Below are positions 27,345-30,880 of a stretch of DNA of 30,880 nt, one piece after another. A program made the position numbers and the translations under genes. Source of the stretch: a virus (lineage: Duplodnaviria; Heunggongvirae; Uroviricota; Caudoviricetes); IMG/VR virus record IMGVR_UViG_648276660_000001, one strand, 5' to 3'. The notes beneath the pieces were generated by a model. It ran no database searches and was not told where the DNA came from. It saw only the letters and a program-made list of their open reading frames with translations. Each line of letters opens with the position of its first letter. The stretch's first letter is position 1.

Positions 27345-27512
27345 CTATTTGGAGCGAAATGCCGCCTTGAAGTCGCTGAAAGATGTTCCTGTCTGGTAAA
27401 CCATATCCTTGTCGCGCTCTTTGCTTGCGCGGCCAAGCATAACTTTTCCAATGACATCCCAGCATTGCTTGGCTTGTTCATTGTGCTGAGTACGATTTTT
27501 CAACGCTGTCAT
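27345..27512 (-). CDS. Hypothetical small protein (55 aa), first gene of the two-gene operon; absent from the ORF track (below size cut-off)
   Basis: Hand-translated from minus strand: MTALKNRTQHNEQAKQCWDVIGKVMLGRASKERDKDMVYQTGTSFSDFKAAFRSK; AGGAGG RBS 6 nt upstream of ATG 27512; stop TAG at 27345. Confidence 0.55.
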   Translation of the reverse strand: MTALKNRTQHNEQAKQCWDVIGKVMLGRASKERDKDMVYQTGTSFSDFKAAFRSK

Positions 27513-27523
27513 ATCGCGCCTCC

Positions 27524-27567
27524 TTTACCTTTAAGGTAATAGTACGCTATTCACCCACAGTCTGCAA
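27524..27567 (-). promoter_or_regulatory. Predicted minus-strand promoter (-35 TTGCAG at 27562..27567, 17-bp spacer, -10 TACTAT at 27539..27544) with operator palindrome TTTACCTttaAGGTAAT (27524..27540) at the transcription start
   Basis: Read in sequence. Confidence 0.5.
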
Positions 27568-27611
27568 TCTGTACAGAATTATTTAAAGGCACATCCCTGT
27601 GCCGCCGCCCG

Positions 27612-28298
27612 TCAGAAGAACCCAGCCTTGTCGTTGATGTACTCCGCGTGGGTCTGGATATCACGCAGGCATTTGCTCACACCAACAATGTAGCAGAACA
27701 TGGTGGTCAGCTCCGCCGCCGCGCCCGATACGTCGTGCCCGTCTTCCTGTAACTGGTTCAGCAGATTCATCAGCAGTGAGTTCTCCGTCAGGCCGAGAAC
27801 ACCAGACGGAGAATGAATCAGGCTGCGGTAGCCGGGCTTCAGTGGGGCACTGTAGGTTTTGTTCTCTATCTTCATTGCCTGCATCACTGCTGATGCTGTG
27901 GCGTTGGCTACCTGGTCGGCAACTATCTTTATGCGTTCTTCCTGCGGGAGCGAGTTTTTAATGTAACTTCCGGTGCGGCGGATCTGAGGAAGAACCTCAC
28001 CTGTAACCCATTTACGAAAGCGGTAGGGGATAGTGCCTGGTGTCACTGCGTCGCGGCAGCGGAGGATCAGTGTGTAGAGGCCTGACTCGTTGATAATATT
28101 GGTTTCACCTTGACGGCCTAAGTTAAATTTAGCCCTTTCATCATCATCAAGAGATTTTATTGACATAGTGGGGTTTGTCAGTTGAAGAGCTTTAATAACG
28201 TCTTTGGCAACAAACCAAGGATTTCCATCAATAACAATGGCTCGAATGGTGGCTTCTGATTCAAAATGAAAAACAGATGGGGTTACGTTAGCAGTCAT
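27612..28298 (-). CDS. Antirepressor (Bro-N N-terminal domain plus Ant/KilA-C-like C-terminal domain)
   Basis: Translation contains FHFESEATIRAIVIDGNPWFVAKDVIKALQL, typical of Bro-N/AntA domains (recalled); ATG 28298 with GGTGA RBS 6 nt upstream (GTG at 28307 is the alternative). Confidence 0.8.
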   Translation of the reverse strand: MTANVTPSVFHFESEATIRAIVIDGNPWFVAKDVIKALQLTNPTMSIKSLDDDERAKFNLGRQGETNIINESGLYTLILRCRDAVTPGTIPYRFRKWVTGEVLPQIRRTGSYIKNSLPQEERIKIVADQVANATASAVMQAMKIENKTYSAPLKPGYRSLIHSPSGVLGLTENSLLMNLLNQLQEDGHDVSGAAAELTTMFCYIVGVSKCLRDIQTHAEYINDKAGFF

Positions 28299-28456
28299 AG
28301 TGATCACCTTTTAGTATGGTTAATCACCACCTGAGGTGCAAATCTCGTTGGTGGTGAGACGTACAGGGTTTGCACTACCGGCTAAAAGGACCCGGCGCAC
28401 CTTTCGGTGCCCCTGCACGTCCCACCATAATTCTGGCATGACTGTGCTATACGCAT

Positions 28457-28478
28457 AAAAAAACCACGTCTGGCGTGG
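28457..28478 (-). terminator. Intrinsic terminator inside the antirepressor leader (CCACG-ccaga-CGTGG followed by TTTTTTT on minus strand)
   Basis: Hairpin plus U7 read in sequence, about 160 nt upstream of the ant start. Confidence 0.5.
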
Positions 28479-28640
28479 TATGCGCCTTTTAGTAATCCGG
28501 GGTGCAAATCCCGGCACTGGATTTTGCCAGTGCCCGATTACTATGGCACAAGAGGAGTGCGATGTAAATTTACCGAAAAGGTAATGATAAGCGCGAAAAA
28601 ACATTAAAATCAACCGTATTTGGTTGATTGCGTTTAACGC

Positions 28641-28678
28641 TTGATCACCTGAAAGCAAGATATTACCTTTAAGGTAAT
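28641..28678 (+). promoter_or_regulatory. Predicted plus-strand promoter (-35 TTGATC 28641..28646, -10 TACCTT 28664..28669) overlapped by operator palindrome ATTACCTttaAGGTAAT (28662..28678)
   Basis: Read in sequence; drives the gene starting at 28698. Confidence 0.45.
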
Positions 28679-28697
28679 GTTATTGTGAGGAAAAGCA

Positions 28698-29426
28698 ATG
28701 GAAGTTTTCTGGATAGTTGTTGGTGTGGTTGCGGTGATTATTTACGTTATCAACCAGAACAAGACTAAGATCTCTGATCGTACGGTCGTTAATCAGAACA
28801 AAACGATAAAGACCGAAGATGGGGAGATAACGATTAATCGTACACAGGTGATAGAGCACACATCTACTCAGTTTCAAAAAACTGGAGGTAACGCGCCTGA
28901 TATTTCCGTACCTCCTGCTTATGATAGTGCGGTAATCCAGACATATTATAAACAGCAGGAGTTAGCAAAAGAGAGGCAACTGATTCAGCCAAAGCCGTTT
29001 ACAGCTGAGCTTCCACCTGGAGTGTCAACGCGTCCGGCATATCATGGAAGATTCCCTGGTGATGACATATCGTCTCAGTCATTTAAAAAAGCACCTCAGG
29101 CAGTATCAGAGCCAGCAAGAATATCTTCTGTATCGCCGCCAAAAGAAGAATCAGCTAACAGAGTTTCAAGCGGTAGCAAGCAGTGCTTGCGATGCAGAAT
29201 AAACCTTCCATATGAAAAATTCAGGAAATCGTCAAAAAATCCGGATGGATTGACTAAGTGGTGTGCAAGGTGTCTCGATGGCCCAAAGAATACACGTCAT
29301 ATGAAGTGGTGCCCAATTTGTAATGTCCGCAGAAAACGAACCAGCTTTTACCCTAATAATCAAAATGCGGACGGCTTAATGGCATGGTGCAAAACGTGCT
29401 GGGACGAGCACAAAGCGAAACGATAG
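28698..29426 (+). CDS. Membrane-anchored protein with C-terminal repeated zinc-ribbon motifs (cargo gene)
   Basis: GAGG RBS; N-terminal hydrophobic helix MEVFWIVVGVVAVIIYVI; C-terminus has four CxxC pairs, two in near-identical context (PDGLTKWCARCLD and ADGLMAWCKTCWD); followed by a terminator. Confidence 0.7.
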   Translation: MEVFWIVVGVVAVIIYVINQNKTKISDRTVVNQNKTIKTEDGEITINRTQVIEHTSTQFQKTGGNAPDISVPPAYDSAVIQTYYKQQELAKERQLIQPKPFTAELPPGVSTRPAYHGRFPGDDISSQSFKKAPQAVSEPARISSVSPPKEESANRVSSGSKQCLRCRINLPYEKFRKSSKNPDGLTKWCARCLDGPKNTRHMKWCPICNVRRKRTSFYPNNQNADGLMAWCKTCWDEHKAKR

Positions 29427-29428
29427 GC

Positions 29429-29452
29429 CGCTCTTGCGGCCTTTAAATTTAC
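29429..29452. terminator. Bidirectional intrinsic terminator (GGCCGC-tcttg-GCGGCC then TTTAAATTT)
   Basis: Read in sequence between convergent genes. Confidence 0.6.
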
Positions 29453-29706
29453 CGGGTTTGTTTTCGTAATTGTTCGGCACAATAGTCGAGATGTGTTTGC
29501 AGATCCTGCATAGACATCTGTGAGCTGGTGACGTAGTTAATCAGTGCAGTCAGTTCGGCAAGTGGGCCATCGACATTAAATCCATCCTTATCGAGATCCC
29601 GGAGTAATTTCATCAAGTGCGATCCCTCCACCAGTGACCTGACGCCTCCCGGCGTGTGAATCCTTTCGGTAAATCCGTCTTCCAGTGGATAGTGATACTG
29701 CTGCAT
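29449..29706 (-). CDS. Small Ant C-terminal-domain-only protein (about 85 aa), candidate SOS-inducible antirepressor
   Basis: Translation from MQQYHYPLEDGF... is homologous to the C-terminal third of the 228-aa antirepressor at 27612..28298 (shared SLL.NLL..L...G..V.G..AELT..F.Y); GGAG RBS 8 nt upstream of ATG 29706; LexA box 22 nt upstream; ORF track shows a longer version without RBS. Confidence 0.6.
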   Translation of the reverse strand: MQQYHYPLEDGFTERIHTPGGVRSLVEGSHLMKLLRDLDKDGFNVDGPLAELTALINYVTSSQMSMQDLQTHLDYCAEQLRKQTR

Positions 29707-29727
29707 CTTATCTTCTCCATGCAATAA

Positions 29728-29743
29728 CTGTATATTTATACAG
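29728..29743. promoter_or_regulatory. Canonical LexA (SOS) box CTGTATATTTATACAG
   Basis: CTGT-N8-ACAG with AT-rich centre read in sequence, overlapping the likely -10 region of the minus-strand gene starting at 29706. Confidence 0.7.
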
Positions 29744-29781
29744 TAGCAAATAATTTGTTTGCTATCCAGCACGTTTTGCAA

Positions 29782-29798
29782 ATTACCTGAAAGGTAAT
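29782..29798. promoter_or_regulatory. Operator palindrome ATTACCTgaaAGGTAAT adjacent to a TTGCAA -35-like hexamer of the SOS-box promoter
   Basis: Read in sequence. Confidence 0.5.
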
Positions 29799-29901
29799 AT
29801 CTATTCGTATTCACAGTCTTTCTATCCATATATGGTTTTTCAGGTAATAGAATAACCAGATATGCGGCGCAACGGGTGCTGCGACTATCTGGAGATTTAA
29901 C

Positions 29902-30880
29902 ATGACGGTCTCAACCGAAGTTGACCACAACGAATACACCGGTAACGGCGTTACGACATCATTTCCGTATACCTTCCGTATTTTCAAAAAAACCGACCTG
30001 GTTGTTCAGGTGTCTGACCTGAACGGGAACGTAACAGAATTGGTTCTGGATACCGGTTATAAGGTAACTGGAGCGGGCACTTATAGTGGCGGTGAAGTGG
30101 TTCTCCCGTCGCCGCTTGCTGCTGGCTGGCGAATTACGATAGAGCGTGTGCTTGATGTGGTGCAGGAGACTGATCTTCGCAATCAGGGAAAATTTTTCCC
30201 CGAAGTTCATGAAGATGCATTTGACTACCTGACGATGCTGATCCAGCGATGTTTTGGGTGGTTCAGACGTGCATTGATGAAACCATCTTTGCTTGCAAAA
30301 TATTACGATGCAAAGCAAAACAAAATTTCTAACCTTGCAGATCCATCATTTGAGCAGGACGCTGTAAATAATCGCTCAATGCGTAATTATGTCGATGCTG
30401 CAATCGCCGGGGTTGTTGGTGGTTTTGGTTGGTTTATACCGTCAGGAAGCGGGGCAAGACAACGAACATTTCAAAGCAAAATGAGGGATATAATTTCTCC
30501 TTGTGATTACGAAGATAATATTTTTATGATTAAGGAGTTGATATCCAAAGGCAAAAATGCCGCTGTTTTTAACTCATATTATACTTTTGTTATTACTGTT
30601 GGCGAATGGGGTGATTACCCTACACTCAAAGATGCAATCATTGCAGCCCAGTCAATGAGACCTATGTGGGATGGTGGTAATGCTTTCTGCGAAATAAGAA
30701 TTAAGACCGGGCATATTATCAACTATCAAATTGAATTCAGTTCAGGTGTTGATTTGTCTTGGATTAAAATAACATCAGAAGACTCAGTGGTTTTCTCTGA
30801 CACTCGTTTGTTTACTAAAATCGTTAGAACGTATTACGAATACAAGTATTTATTTTACATTTGCGATGCAGCAAAAAGTC
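29902..30880 (+). CDS. Tail fibre/tailspike protein, 5' partial (T7 gp17-like N-terminal particle-binding domain followed by the start of a divergent, AT-rich receptor-binding domain); continues beyond the window
   Basis: GGAG RBS 7 nt before ATG 29902; N-terminal region resembles recalled T7 tail-fibre N-domain (...ISNLADPSFEQDAVNNRSMRNY...); then SGSGARQRTFQSKMRDIISPCDYED, reminiscent of tailspike/depolymerase beta-helix starts; no stop codon before the window end. Confidence 0.75.
   Translation, partial: MTVSTEVDHNEYTGNGVTTSFPYTFRIFKKTDLVVQVSDLNGNVTELVLDTGYKVTGAGTYSGGEVVLPSPLAAGWRITIERVLDVVQETDLRNQGKFFPEVHEDAFDYLTMLIQRCFGWFRRALMKPSLLAKYYDAKQNKISNLADPSFEQDAVNNRSMRNYVDAAIAGVVGGFGWFIPSGSGARQRTFQSKMRDIISPCDYEDNIFMIKELISKGKNAAVFNSYYTFVITVGEWGDYPTLKDAIIAAQSMRPMWDGGNAFCEIRIKTGHIINYQIEFSSGVDLSWIKITSEDSVVFSDTRLFTKIVRTYYEYKYLFYICDAAKS

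Larger units (their letters stand above)
28299..28697 (-). promoter_or_regulatory. About 400-bp structured, repeat-rich leader/intergenic region upstream of the antirepressor; possible small RNA or attenuator
   Basis: No RBS-supported ORF; two copies of CTTTTAGTA...GGTGCAAATC; hairpins CACCACC/GGTGGTG, CCGGG/CCCGG and GGCACTGG/CCAGTGCC; internal minus-strand terminator; predicted ant promoter (-35 28608..28613, -10 28585..28590) with operator 28569..28585. Confidence 0.4.
1..30880. mobile_element. Segment of a temperate mosaic phage/prophage genome (replication, nin-like region, terminase, virion module, accessory island, tail fibre)
   Basis: Gene content and order from translated ORFs; tightly packed same-strand operons with overlapping stop/start codons (ATGA, GTGA, TAATG); no host housekeeping genes seen. 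Confidence 0.85.

Noticed and set aside
27562-27583. LexA-box-like sequence CTGCAATCTGTACAG near the two-gene operon promoter
   Set aside because: Spacing and half-sites do not fit CTGT-N8-ACAG; only the site at 29728-29743 is canonical
28320-28658. 112-aa minus-strand ORF upstream of the antirepressor
   Set aside because: It reads straight through an intrinsic terminator hairpin and U-run and several inverted repeats, and has no RBS; treated as noncoding structured leader
28299-28697. Retron-like noncoding RNA hypothesis for the repeat-rich region
   Set aside because: No reverse transcriptase gene is adjacent and the inverted repeats do not have the msr/msd arrangement; a leader/attenuator or small RNA is more parsimonious
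23-29798. Firm identification of the 17-bp palindrome as an MqsA box
   Set aside because: Only the ACCT-N3-AGGT core matches; flanking bases differ from the mqsRA operator and no MqsA-like gene is visible in the window, so it is kept as a hypothesis, not a call

Overview
The window is a segment of a temperate, mosaic enterobacterial phage/prophage read almost entirely on the + strand; no integrase, repressor or lysis cassette is present in it. All calls rest on reading the translated ORFs and the DNA directly; no database search was run, so family names are recalled resemblances.

Gene order:
- 1-6.8 kb: lambda-like replication module (O-like initiator with an internal iteron array, P-like helicase loader), then a nin-like run of small genes including an Ead/Ea22-like protein, three tandem genes starting MTTIT, and a DUF551-like protein.
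- 6.9-9.0 kb: terminase small and large subunits.
- 9.0-10.2 kb: a small insertion carrying a minus-strand cargo gene and a phage-borne tRNA-Arg(UCU).
- 10.2-26.2 kb: a virion module whose order and sizes look T7-like (gp6.7-like small protein, portal, scaffold, capsid, tail tubular A/B-like, four internal virion/ejection proteins).
- 26.2-29.9 kb: an accessory island (lipoprotein, secreted mini-peptide, a two-gene minus-strand operon, Bro-N antirepressor with a structured leader, a membrane-anchored multi-zinc-ribbon protein, a LexA-box-controlled antirepressor C-domain gene).
- 29.9 kb to the end: the 5' part of a tail fibre/tailspike gene.

Most interesting signals:
- A 17-bp palindrome, ATTACCT-N3-AGGTAAT, occurs eight times (plus one variant), always intergenic and at or just downstream of predicted sigma70 -10 elements. 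It looks like the operator set of one dimeric regulator.
- A perfect 12-bp palindrome, GTGACATGTCAC, occurs three times at operon ends.
- The accessory island holds several unassigned cargo genes that are candidates for defence, exclusion or toxin-antitoxin functions.
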